Of a DNA stretch of 34,623 nt, positions 1 through 8,459 are shown in pieces. The notes below the pieces were generated by a model. The model worked only from the letters and a program-made list of their open reading frames with translations. It did no database searches and was not told the DNA's origin. The translations under genes and the position numbers were made by a program. The stretch's first letter is position 1. Every line of letters begins with the position of its first letter. Source of the DNA: an uncultured Ignavibacteriales bacterium (GTDB taxonomy: Bacteria; Zixibacteria; MSB-5A5; GN15; JAAZOE01); assembly GCA_964611355.1 (NCBI GenBank), contig CAZSYD010000002.1:74409-109031 (forward strand), in the 5' to 3' direction.

Positions 1-1
1 G

Positions 2-601
2 CTGAATTTCCTTGTCTCTGCCGATGACCGGGTCAAACTCCCCGGCGGCCGCCTGATTGGTCAGGTCGATACAGTAACGCAGGGTGCCGGCCACCTTTTT
101 TTCGCCTTCGATAGCCTCCTCGCCAACCGATATACGGGTCGTGGGGGAGGTGATCTCTTCAACCGATTTACTCTCGGCTATGGCGCGATATATATCTTCT
201 TTTGTGATATCGATCTTATCTCGCAGGTACGGCGAAATCTGTGACTTGGGATCGAAGATGGCGATAAAGATATGTTCCGGCTCGACCAGGGCGTCATATA
301 GTTTGGCTTTCTCATCAATGGCCTGGGTAAAGACCTCCTGCATGGCCGGGGAGACGGTCAAATTTTCCCGCGCCGAGGATCGGCTGGATTGCCGCTTGAG
401 AAACTCTTCAACAACCGACTCGATAAAAACCGGGTTTTTGCCGAGCTGGTTTAGAATTGACTCGACTTTTGATCCCTCGTGCCGTACGGTGGCAATTAAA
501 AGATGCTCGATTTCGATCTCGGAATGTTTGAAACTTGCCGCGACTTCCCTGGCGCTTTTAATAACCGCCCGGGAGTCTGAAGAATAACTGGCTATATCCA
601 T
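2..601 (-). CDS. Clp/Hsp100 AAA+ ATPase, N-terminal part (ClpB/ClpC/ClpV-TssH family); runs off the left edge
   Basis: Not in the ORF track; translated by hand from ATG at 601: MDIASYSSDSRAVIKSAREVAASFKHSEIEIEHLLIA...EPEHIFIAI...LRYCIDLTNQAAAGEFDPVIGRDKEIQ. It has two Clp-N repeats (EHLL/EHIF) and the DLT...DPVIGR..EI start of AAA domain 1. The subfamily cannot be resolved. Confidence 0.9.
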   Translation of the reverse strand, partial: MDIASYSSDSRAVIKSAREVAASFKHSEIEIEHLLIATVRHEGSKVESILNQLGKNPVFIESVVEEFLKRQSSRSSARENLTVSPAMQEVFTQAIDEKAKLYDALVEPEHIFIAIFDPKSQISPYLRDKIDITKEDIYRAIAESKSVEEITSPTTRISVGEEAIEGEKKVAGTLRYCIDLTNQAAAGEFDPVIGRDKEIQ

Positions 602-641
602 ATTTGCCTGCCACGGTCCTTATTTGTCGTCATAACTCTTT

Positions 642-670
642 ATTGTAAACCCGCTTCTTACTATTGTCAA
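642..670 (-). promoter_or_regulatory. sigma70-type promoter for the Clp ATPase
   Basis: Minus strand TTGACA(670-665)-N17-TACAAT(647-642), about 40 nt upstream of the ATG at 601. Confidence 0.65.
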
Positions 671-824
671 GAGCTTTATTTTGGCCTCTTTTCGACTTCT
701 CCGATTCACTTTTTGTCAGCATCATTGATCGCCGTTTTTTCATATTTTTTTTTCGATTTTAAGCGCGCCTTACGGCAAAAGATAATCGTGTTTTCGATAT
801 ATAACTCATGCCGTAAGCTCGATT

Positions 825-1823
825 CTATTCTACCGGCGGCTCCGATGGAAATCCCTCGATGGTAAGATAGGGGGGGCGGGGGGTTTTCCAGGTAACCCCG
901 AATTGCTCCTCACAGAAAGCCTCAACACGGGCGTACCCACTGTCATCAGAAACGGCATTGTCATAAAGAAATGGCTTATCGGGAAAAACATAACTCAACG
1001 CAGCCATGATGTCTACCCTTACGGATCGCAGTGAAACCATTGGCATTTCTATAATGAGATTGGTGCGCATCTCGCCGGCAAGCGCATATAAGGCCGGCTG
1101 GGTACCTATAAACCCGAGATCGCGAGCCAGAGCTGCTTTCTGCTCCGGATTGGTTGTGCCGAGAAACTCCGTGATGAACTTTTGCTCCATTTTGGAATCG
1201 CCGAGAGCCGCTCCGGCGATGGACGTTTCTCTTATATCAATCCAGTCGGGAGATTGCATAAGTTCATTAATAAACGGCACTGCCTCCTGTGGTTTTGCCT
1301 TGGCGAGAACCAGCAACCCGGTTCCATCGGGCCATTGCTTGATATTTTCCGTTAGCGTGGCGCCGTGCTCCTTGAGCAGAGCCGATGGAACCGACCGGAG
1401 CAGCGCCTCAAGGGAATAGTCCCTGACTGTTCCCGGGCGGGCAAGCCCCGAATCTATCAGTATCGCCAGAATCGTCCGGTTCCGAATGATATTGCCGCCC
1501 TTGGAGTGTAACGGGTCTGTCTGTTTTCCAATCGCAACAAGTACTTTGACGAGCTGTTCTCTGACTGTTTCAGGTTCAGTGTGCAAAGCTTCTTTAAGCA
1601 ACTCCAGTGCTTTTGGATCGGGGTGCCCGTTGACCACGTATGCATCGACCGAACCCCGGAACTGTTCTCCCTGCCTGAATCGTTCGAGCTGTTTTGCTAT
1701 CTGTTCCAAACGCTGTACCTCCTCCTTTGATTTTTCCTGTCTAATGCATCCTGAATCTGTCAGAATAATAAGAGCGATGCACAGAAGGCCGATATATGTC
1801 GCGGCATATAAATGGCGTATCAT
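825..1823 (-). CDS. Exported, probably lipoprotein, alpha-helical (HEAT-like) protein; candidate immunity protein for the upstream metallopeptidase
   Basis: 332 aa. Hydrophobic N-terminus ends in DSG-C (lipobox-like), and the sequence has a helical repeat pattern. The start overlaps the upstream stop (ATGA, 1820-1823). The immunity role is inferred from position only. Confidence 0.6.
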   Translation of the reverse strand: MIRHLYAATYIGLLCIALIILTDSGCIRQEKSKEEVQRLEQIAKQLERFRQGEQFRGSVDAYVVNGHPDPKALELLKEALHTEPETVREQLVKVLVAIGKQTDPLHSKGGNIIRNRTILAILIDSGLARPGTVRDYSLEALLRSVPSALLKEHGATLTENIKQWPDGTGLLVLAKAKPQEAVPFINELMQSPDWIDIRETSIAGAALGDSKMEQKFITEFLGTTNPEQKAALARDLGFIGTQPALYALAGEMRTNLIIEMPMVSLRSVRVDIMAALSYVFPDKPFLYDNAVSDDSGYARVEAFCEEQFGVTWKTPRPPYLTIEGFPSEPPVE

Positions 1824-3286
1824 CGGCTAACCTTCTGCCACTGGTTTTCATTTCCACTTTCGTACTTTTTTGGCAATTCCTTGTATCGGATTTTAGTGTC
1901 CGTCCGTCCGATGGAATAATGCATAAGATTATTCGAAGAGTTAACATCCAGCCAATTCATGAGCGCGTGGCCGCATTCATGCCCCATGGTTTGCCGTACT
2001 TTGGCCTCGGTTTTACTTTGCTCGGCCACATAGATCGGGTTGCCGCTAAGACCGCTCAGCGGCCATATAAGACCTTCACTGGTTGTGTGTGCGTGAGTTA
2101 ACCCCGAACTGATAGTCACATTAGTTCCGGACTTGCTGGCAACAGTAATTGTCTCTTCATTGGCTCCGGTGCCGAGCTTATAAGAATTACCCGTTATGAT
2201 GTATCGCATGTAGCTGGTATAGGACGTTTTCAGATGAATGGTTGTATCTCCGACAGCGGCTGCAGTTTTGAGATAGAATATCCAGGCCAGGTCTTTGACA
2301 ATCACGATTTTTTGACCGCTCGGATTAAATGCGGCCCGAATAGCGCTCACTTCCTGCGACGTGGCTCCCGGCTCGATATCCAGTTTGCCGTTGCCATTCA
2401 AATCGTACTGGACATCAATGGCGACCCCGGTCGAGCTGTGGTCGGTCAGATTAATCGTCCCCACGGGTACTTTATACCAGGCGTTGATGGCCCTCTCGGC
2501 AGCTTCGACATCGAGGTTGGGGCGTGTAAGCGTTGTCCCGGATGACCTGCTGTCGTAAATTTTCGCCACGGTTGCCGTGACCGATTTTTCCTTGTACACG
2601 TTTACCTTCAGTCTGGCGCACACGGGCCCGGTATCTCTCGTGGCTCTGGCGAGGATATTTGTTTCATTTTTATCTTTCGCCTTCCCGTTTATCGTGAGAT
2701 CAAAAGCGGCTCCAGGGCCGGCTGGGGCCGTCGCCTCCGCGATTGACGTATCATCGCTGGTAAAACGAAGCGCGGTGCCAGTGGCTCCGCCGGTTATCGT
2801 CACCCGCACTGTCGTCGTGCCATTTTTCTTGACTGACGTGTGATGGTGTATGCCGGCGGCGTTATCCATGTTGTCATAGCCATAACTCTGGGTTGATGTT
2901 TCGGAAAAAACGACCCGAATAACGCTGAGCCGTGTCGTAACCGGCGGCAGGGCGCTTCTGCCGTCAGGCGTAAATATTAGTTGCACTTCTTCGGCATTGG
3001 CCGCCGGGCTGACATTCGTACGCCCGATAATCCGTACCGACTGGGCGTTTGCGTTTTCCAGCCTGATTCTGGTGCTGGACGTACTCCATAGATAACTACC
3101 CGAAGCATTGTCGCGATGTATCCCTTTCAATTCTATGCTCTCGGAAACCGGTACTACCGTATCCGGGTCGGATGTTCCATCGGAGGCTCGAATACGCACC
3201 GGATGGGGCGTCGTCCTGGTAACCACGGCCGCCCGGCCACTTGGTACCGAAGTTCCTTTAGGGGGGGGTGCAGATTCGCCGGTCAT
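1820..3286 (-). CDS. Putative Zn-metallopeptidase effector with Ig-like N-terminal domains
   Basis: 488 aa, no signal peptide, Thr/Ser-rich beta-strand N-terminal region. The C-terminal TMGHECGHALMNWLD...NNLM carries an HExxH motif plus a Met-turn-like motif. Confidence 0.65.
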   Translation of the reverse strand: MTGESAPPPKGTSVPSGRAAVVTRTTPHPVRIRASDGTSDPDTVVPVSESIELKGIHRDNASGSYLWSTSSTRIRLENANAQSVRIIGRTNVSPAANAEEVQLIFTPDGRSALPPVTTRLSVIRVVFSETSTQSYGYDNMDNAAGIHHHTSVKKNGTTTVRVTITGGATGTALRFTSDDTSIAEATAPAGPGAAFDLTINGKAKDKNETNILARATRDTGPVCARLKVNVYKEKSVTATVAKIYDSRSSGTTLTRPNLDVEAAERAINAWYKVPVGTINLTDHSSTGVAIDVQYDLNGNGKLDIEPGATSQEVSAIRAAFNPSGQKIVIVKDLAWIFYLKTAAAVGDTTIHLKTSYTSYMRYIITGNSYKLGTGANEETITVASKSGTNVTISSGLTHAHTTSEGLIWPLSGLSGNPIYVAEQSKTEAKVRQTMGHECGHALMNWLDVNSSNNLMHYSIGRTDTKIRYKELPKKYESGNENQWQKVSR

Positions 3287-4203
3287 TAGTCTCCTTTCTG
3301 ATCGCCTATGGAAAAATCCGCCTCGTCTTCAGAGTCGGGGAATTCGACGAAGACTTTTCCCGGAGGAATGTCCTCTTCTCGGGCCTGTCCATTATTATCC
3401 AGTTTCCCTTTTCTGGTATTGCCGTCTGGGAGGCGAAGAATATATTTTTCGTTGGGTATCGGATTACCTTGGCCGTCAATCAATTCAACATCAATCCAAT
3501 CCTTGAATAGAAGCAGTCCCGACTCCTGACCTCTGCCGAGCTCCAGATCGTCGAATTTGATGGTGAAAAAATATTCCGGCGGATTATAATGTCTTCCGTA
3601 CCGCTTAAGCTCTTCTTCGGTCGGGACTTCATCGGTATCTTCGTGATACTCGTATTCCCATTTAACTTCGACTTTACCGTCTTTAACAACCGCCGGAAGT
3701 TCGTTGATACGGTCGTGCGCTCCGTCCTGATCGTACTCGTGGATAATCAGCTTTACTTCGGTATAATCGCGAACCTCTTCCAATTCAGCCGACAGCGTAA
3801 CTATATCGCCTCTTCGAGCCTCGGGGGCGTTCCAGCCGATCTTTTTGATTTTCGGAACCGGCAGGACCGGAATTCTTTCCGATTTCCCTTCGAGATTGTT
3901 TTTTGGAAGTTTGACCTCGAAATAGATTTTATCGCCGATTTTGATATCTTCCGGAAGGTCAAACTCGCCGACGTACACATTGCTGTATATTTCGCCGCTT
4001 ACCTTGCCTAATTTTTCGCCTTCTTCGCTTTTGCCCTTGATCTTTATTTTGGCGCCGTTGCCGACCAGCGCCGTTTGTATATTAAAGCGGGTCTTTTGCC
4101 CGGCATAGGCGCATCCGGAGTTCCAGCAGGCGCTGATTAAATAGGAATCGAGTTCGATTTCGTGTTCTTCGTCGGTTCCCTTGTTAAATTTCAGCTCAGG
4201 CAT
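3286..4203 (-). CDS. PAAR-less paralog of the PAAR C-terminal extension (transthyretin/carboxypeptidase-regulatory-like domain); putative effector adaptor
   Basis: 305 aa. The C-terminal ~180 aa align visibly with residues ~213-381 of 7112..8272 (e.g. KDWIDVELIDGQGNPIPNEKYILRLPDG...GKLDNNG...IPPGKVFVEFP vs KDYIEITFKDEYGKPAKNAKYRVFLPNG...GTLDDNG...VPPGPWDVEFP). TAATG overlaps on both sides. Confidence 0.7.
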   Translation of the reverse strand: MPELKFNKGTDEEHEIELDSYLISACWNSGCAYAGQKTRFNIQTALVGNGAKIKIKGKSEEGEKLGKVSGEIYSNVYVGEFDLPEDIKIGDKIYFEVKLPKNNLEGKSERIPVLPVPKIKKIGWNAPEARRGDIVTLSAELEEVRDYTEVKLIIHEYDQDGAHDRINELPAVVKDGKVEVKWEYEYHEDTDEVPTEEELKRYGRHYNPPEYFFTIKFDDLELGRGQESGLLLFKDWIDVELIDGQGNPIPNEKYILRLPDGNTRKGKLDNNGQAREEDIPPGKVFVEFPDSEDEADFSIGDQKGD

Positions 4204-4661
4204 TACTCTTCTTCCAGGGGCTCATAGGTACCCGGCAGGATTGCCTCGATAGTGTCGCCAAGTTGCGTCCCGACCGTTTTGAGCGTCCTTTTTGAAAAAC
4301 CGGCCGAGAAAGTAAATCCCAGGTCATCTTTGATGACGAAAACGTATTTCATAAATGTGGCCTGCCCATCGCCCTGCGCCCATTTATAGACGAATTCATA
4401 GGCGGCGTTGCCGCCCTTGATCGTAACATCTTCGTCTTTGAGAACCTCGATGCTGTCCATGTTTGACGTAATCGGGTTGGTTTTCTCCCTTGCGAAGCTG
4501 ACGATATCCTTATGCTGCAGATGCCGGTCAACAACCAGCATCAGGCTGTGCCCGAGGCCGCCTTCTTCGGGCCCCCGGAATATATGAACGGTTTGATCCT
4601 CCCAGCCTTTGGGAAGGTCTATCCTGAATCTGTTTTGGCCGGACACGACATCTGTCTCCAT
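4203..4661 (-). CDS. DUF1795/DcrB-related (Eag-like) effector chaperone
   Basis: 152 aa. FRIDLPKGWEDQTVHIF...SLMLVVDR pattern and PsbP/Mog1-like layout typical of DUF1795; lies in a PAAR operon. Confidence 0.75.
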   Translation of the reverse strand: METDVVSGQNRFRIDLPKGWEDQTVHIFRGPEEGGLGHSLMLVVDRHLQHKDIVSFAREKTNPITSNMDSIEVLKDEDVTIKGGNAAYEFVYKWAQGDGQATFMKYVFVIKDDLGFTFSAGFSKRTLKTVGTQLGDTIEAILPGTYEPLEEE

Positions 4662-4683
4662 TGATTAAAATTGTCGTTTTCTG

Positions 4684-7107
4684 CTATTTATATTTCTCAA
4701 GGAATTTCCGATCCAAAAATTTCCGATCCCACCGGGAACCATCGCCGCCGAGATACGGTTGAAGTTTGACCAACTGGTAATTTTTCCAGTACCGCCACGC
4801 CAGTTTGACGTCTTTTTTCCCCGCTTCCGGCACGCACCCCGTAATTTCCCCCCGGCCAATACTGATCTGTACCGTCATATCCATGGCGACCGGTTTTAAT
4901 ATGACCCCCCTGTTAATCTCGACGTGCGGAACGCCCTCTTCCTTCTCGAGAGACGATCGAACCTGCGACTCCTCCTTGATGGCAAAAGGTCTTATGCCGT
5001 GGTAAACTTTACCCTTCCGGGCATAATTCAATTCGGCGATGGCGCAGATATTGAACTTGCGATATTTACGGGGAATGTAGTCGTCTTTCCTTATCTTTCG
5101 AGTAGTCGTGCTGTAGCCGGGGCCCTTGACGTCGCCGTAATCGGTTCTGACAACCTGGAAGGAAACCGGCACTCCAAGCCGGATATTGTCTTTGAAAATT
5201 ACCACTACCCGGACCGGAGTCTCGGTGTCGATTTCGTCGTCGTTGCCGAAATCGCTCCAATCGGAAACATCGGTGATATCGACGCCGTGCTTTTTGGTTC
5301 TATAGAAGCCGGCTGTCGCAAATTGCCAGAAAACGGCCTCGATCTGATCTTCATCGACACCGCCGTAATCGACCGACAGCCATTTGGCCAGTTCCACTAT
5401 ATCATCATGCTCGCTGTGATGGATTGGGAAATATCTATGGAAATTGACTTCCCACCAGTTGGAGAGATCATCGGGCTTCTTAAGGCTGATAACTTGGTCC
5501 CGGTTTTCCTGATCCTCTTCGAGGTGGTAGTACGTTACCCAGTTTTCCAGAAGGTATTCGTTCTTAACCCAGAATGGCCGCAGAATCAGATTGTCGATAT
5601 ATCCTTTAATGTCATATCCGCCGTCTTTGACTTTGGCAGTTACGTTTTTTTCGAAGTTATCTTCCGGCTCTTCGGGCGAGCCGCATTCGTCGATCAGTTC
5701 CAACAGACCGTATAGTACTTTGGACCGAAGCAGAAAGTCTGCGTACCGGGTGTGATACCATTCGTGAGCGACATCACGACCGATAAGGCGATGCTTGAGT
5801 TCATGCCAATTGGATACCTTGCAAAAAGTAAAATGCATGAACTCCTTGATTTCCCGCATGGTTGACGACCAGTACTGATCGACCTCGCTCTCATCGAGCG
5901 TTTCGAGCCCGGTTTTGACAACTTCGACCGCTTTACCCACATTCTCGGCGTTTTTACCGAGGGATGCCAGCCATCCGCCGGGAAAGGCAAAACCGATCAG
6001 AAGCGAGGAAACCGCCCAGGTAAACTCCACCCCGGCCATGAGGGCGTCGCCGCCTGCTTGATCGGAGGCCTGCTTGAGAATTTCCATCTGTTTCAACTCC
6101 GAACGGTTGAAGGTGGGATCATCGAACTGGCGGAAAATGCCGTTTTCCATATGATTTAAGTGACCCCGCATAAAATCGGTCAGAACTTCCAGCGATTTCT
6201 TTTCTTTCTGGGTAGCGTTATATAGATTGCCCGCTTTTTCGAAGCAATCCATTGCCTCAAATACCTTGCCTACCAACTCGACTGGCTTGGTGACCTTGTC
6301 GAATCCTTCCTGCCATTCCTTAAGGCCGAGCTTTGAGCAGGCGGCATCTTCGAGCGCATCGGGCAGGTCGGCCAGTTTTGCCTCTTCGATGGCATCCTGC
6401 ATTTTTTTGAAATTCGAAGTTCCCCAGACATCGCCGAAGATATCTTTGACGTTTTTAACCGCCTTGAAGTATTTATTGTCGAGCTTTATGGCGCTGAACA
6501 TGCCGGAAACGCCGTCATGGATCGATTTGAGTTGGTTGACGATCATTTTGAACTGGCCGACCGGCTCTTTGCTGTCCCGTGTAATTATTCCTTTGAGAAG
6601 CTGGAGGATATTATCGGCGTAAATATGGCTGAAATTATGCAGTAATGCTTCTTCGAGAGTATAGGCGTCGCCGATTAAAAACTCGAACTGGAAATGCTGT
6701 TTGGCGTCCTTTAGCAAAACCGGGCTGGCGGCTTCGGTGGTTTTTTTGGCGTCGATATTTTCAAATTGGAAATCGATGTTCACACGGTGGAAAATTTGCC
6801 CTAATTCGTTGCCGTCATACGGAACGGCGAGTACATACTGGCCGGGCTGGATAGTCCGCTGGGGAAAACCGCAGATCCACGAATCCTCGCCTTCCATTTT
6901 GCGGACAGGCTCTGATTCGTAAAGAGTTTCAAAGTAGCGGGTCCCCGATTCGTATTGGGGAACCGGATTCATCAGTTCGCAACGGCCTTTATAATGATCG
7001 CTGTGGAAAACGACAAAAACCAGACGGATCGTCTCCGGCGGGCGAGCCTCGATTATGCGACTCTGAGCTTTTAATCGACCCGCTTTTTTTCGTGTTTGAC
7101 CGGCCAC
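4684..7107 (-). CDS. Large hypothetical protein; candidate membrane-active effector
   Basis: 807-aa ORF (GTG start 4 nt after the PAAR stop; start uncertain), no signal peptide. A central helical region contains the Gly-rich hydrophobic segment AGGDALMAGVEFTWAVSSLLIGFAFPGGWLASLG. It lies between PAAR and DUF1795. Confidence 0.6.
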   Translation of the reverse strand: MAGQTRKKAGRLKAQSRIIEARPPETIRLVFVVFHSDHYKGRCELMNPVPQYESGTRYFETLYESEPVRKMEGEDSWICGFPQRTIQPGQYVLAVPYDGNELGQIFHRVNIDFQFENIDAKKTTEAASPVLLKDAKQHFQFEFLIGDAYTLEEALLHNFSHIYADNILQLLKGIITRDSKEPVGQFKMIVNQLKSIHDGVSGMFSAIKLDNKYFKAVKNVKDIFGDVWGTSNFKKMQDAIEEAKLADLPDALEDAACSKLGLKEWQEGFDKVTKPVELVGKVFEAMDCFEKAGNLYNATQKEKKSLEVLTDFMRGHLNHMENGIFRQFDDPTFNRSELKQMEILKQASDQAGGDALMAGVEFTWAVSSLLIGFAFPGGWLASLGKNAENVGKAVEVVKTGLETLDESEVDQYWSSTMREIKEFMHFTFCKVSNWHELKHRLIGRDVAHEWYHTRYADFLLRSKVLYGLLELIDECGSPEEPEDNFEKNVTAKVKDGGYDIKGYIDNLILRPFWVKNEYLLENWVTYYHLEEDQENRDQVISLKKPDDLSNWWEVNFHRYFPIHHSEHDDIVELAKWLSVDYGGVDEDQIEAVFWQFATAGFYRTKKHGVDITDVSDWSDFGNDDEIDTETPVRVVVIFKDNIRLGVPVSFQVVRTDYGDVKGPGYSTTTRKIRKDDYIPRKYRKFNICAIAELNYARKGKVYHGIRPFAIKEESQVRSSLEKEEGVPHVEINRGVILKPVAMDMTVQISIGRGEITGCVPEAGKKDVKLAWRYWKNYQLVKLQPYLGGDGSRWDRKFLDRKFLEKYK

Positions 7108-7111
7108 TCAA

Positions 7112-8272
7112 TCAAGCCCTTTTAAGATCGCTGTCGGATTCTGGGAATTCGACATCCCACGGGCCGGGCGGGACATTTTCGATTTTCGTGTAACCGTTGT
7201 CGTCAAGAGTTCCTTCCCTGATCTCGCCGTTAGGCAAAAATACCCGGTATTTGGCGTTTTTGGCCGGTTTGCCGTATTCATCTTTGAAGGTGATTTCAAT
7301 GTAGTCTTTGTATTCAAGAATGGCGGAGCGAGCCTGACAGGGGCCGACTTTAACCGTGAAGTAGAATTTGGGCGCATAGTATCGGTCAAGCTTATCCTGT
7401 ACCTTCCGGGCGTCTGCTTCTTCCTCCGGCCAATCGTATTGCCACTCGGCTTCGGCCTTGCCGCCGCTGAGTTCGATATCGCTCTTTGTGGCGATTTTTT
7501 TGTCAGCTTGGTTGATATCTCGCTCCCAGACTTCAAATTTTACTTTCTCGCCGTCATCGAATCCGACCGTTTCGATCTGCATTTTCACCTTTTCGCCGTT
7601 GCGTGCTTCCCGCGCCGACCAGGCCGCATTGGTGATAGTCCTCAAGGATATCTCGTGATCGCCTTCCTCAAGGCCGCCCTTTTTAATTTGCCCGGTGAGA
7701 GTCCCTTCCACCTGTTTATTATCCGGCGTTTTGATTGAGTATTTCAATCCGGTAATCGGCTTACCTCCCTTGTCCACGAATTTCGCATCAAGGTAATGCC
7801 CCTCTTTGGCTTCCACGGAAGTCGTTTCAGCTTTGACCTCGCCTTCCCCTCCGCTTCCGGAACCGCTCCCTCCGCCGCCGTTACCGATGAGAACATTGGG
7901 ACTGCCCATCATAATCTGGCCCTTGTTTGACGGCGGTTTTTGGAAAGGGCCGCCCTGTGGAATGTGGCTTGGAGTATTTGTGGCGGTGCTGTTTACCGTG
8001 GCTGCCGGTTGGCCCATGATTTTTACCGAAGAACTCAAACCTCCGTCGATTGTCCCCATAAACGGATGCGGAATCGGCGTCGGCACCGGCCCGCCCGGAG
8101 AAGGCACCATAATAATATGCGTATCAACCGCGATAATTTTGTCTCCCTGCTTGGCGGCAGGAAGGCCGTTTATCAAGACAGTACCGGTCGCCATCACCGT
8201 ACCGACCGGCAAATCGACCGGGTCATTGCAGGTAAGAGCCTTGTCTGTCGCTCTCGCAGCAGGTTTTCCCAT
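7112..8272 (-). CDS. PAAR-repeat spike-tip protein with C-terminal transthyretin-like extension
   Basis: 386 aa. Three PAAR motifs (KPAARATD, LPAAKQGD, QPAATVNS), candidate Zn ligands C15/H52/H69/H103, end motif GSPNVLIG, a GS linker, then two DxxGKP...Y....P...EGTL transthyretin-like repeats. Confidence 0.92.
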   Translation of the reverse strand: MGKPAARATDKALTCNDPVDLPVGTVMATGTVLINGLPAAKQGDKIIAVDTHIIMVPSPGGPVPTPIPHPFMGTIDGGLSSSVKIMGQPAATVNSTATNTPSHIPQGGPFQKPPSNKGQIMMGSPNVLIGNGGGGSGSGSGGEGEVKAETTSVEAKEGHYLDAKFVDKGGKPITGLKYSIKTPDNKQVEGTLTGQIKKGGLEEGDHEISLRTITNAAWSAREARNGEKVKMQIETVGFDDGEKVKFEVWERDINQADKKIATKSDIELSGGKAEAEWQYDWPEEEADARKVQDKLDRYYAPKFYFTVKVGPCQARSAILEYKDYIEITFKDEYGKPAKNAKYRVFLPNGEIREGTLDDNGYTKIENVPPGPWDVEFPESDSDLKRA

Positions 8273-8312
8273 ATCTCATCCAGAGGTTTAACAGATTTAT
8301 AATTCTTATCTT

Positions 8313-8341
8313 ATATTATATCGCCATATCAGCCAAGTCAA
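8313..8341 (-). promoter_or_regulatory. Putative sigma70 promoter of the PAAR operon
   Basis: Minus strand TTGACT(8341-8336)-N17-TAATAT (an overlapping TATAAT gives N15), in the AT-rich divergent intergenic region. Confidence 0.45.
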
Positions 8342-8459
8342 TAAATAGTTCACACACATTTATATACGCCAAAAAAGATAATCCTATGATTAAAAAAAAC
8401 TTGCGGTATGTTCCGGCGTTTCCATAGATTACATATCGTAACTTTTTGTGGAGCAATTG

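Noticed and set aside
84..587. 167-aa plus-strand ORF
   Set aside because: Antisense shadow of the Clp ATPase on the minus strand.
4924..5715. 263-aa plus-strand ORF as possible antisense immunity gene
   Set aside because: Lies wholly inside the 807-aa ORF on the opposite strand, with no RBS or motif support.
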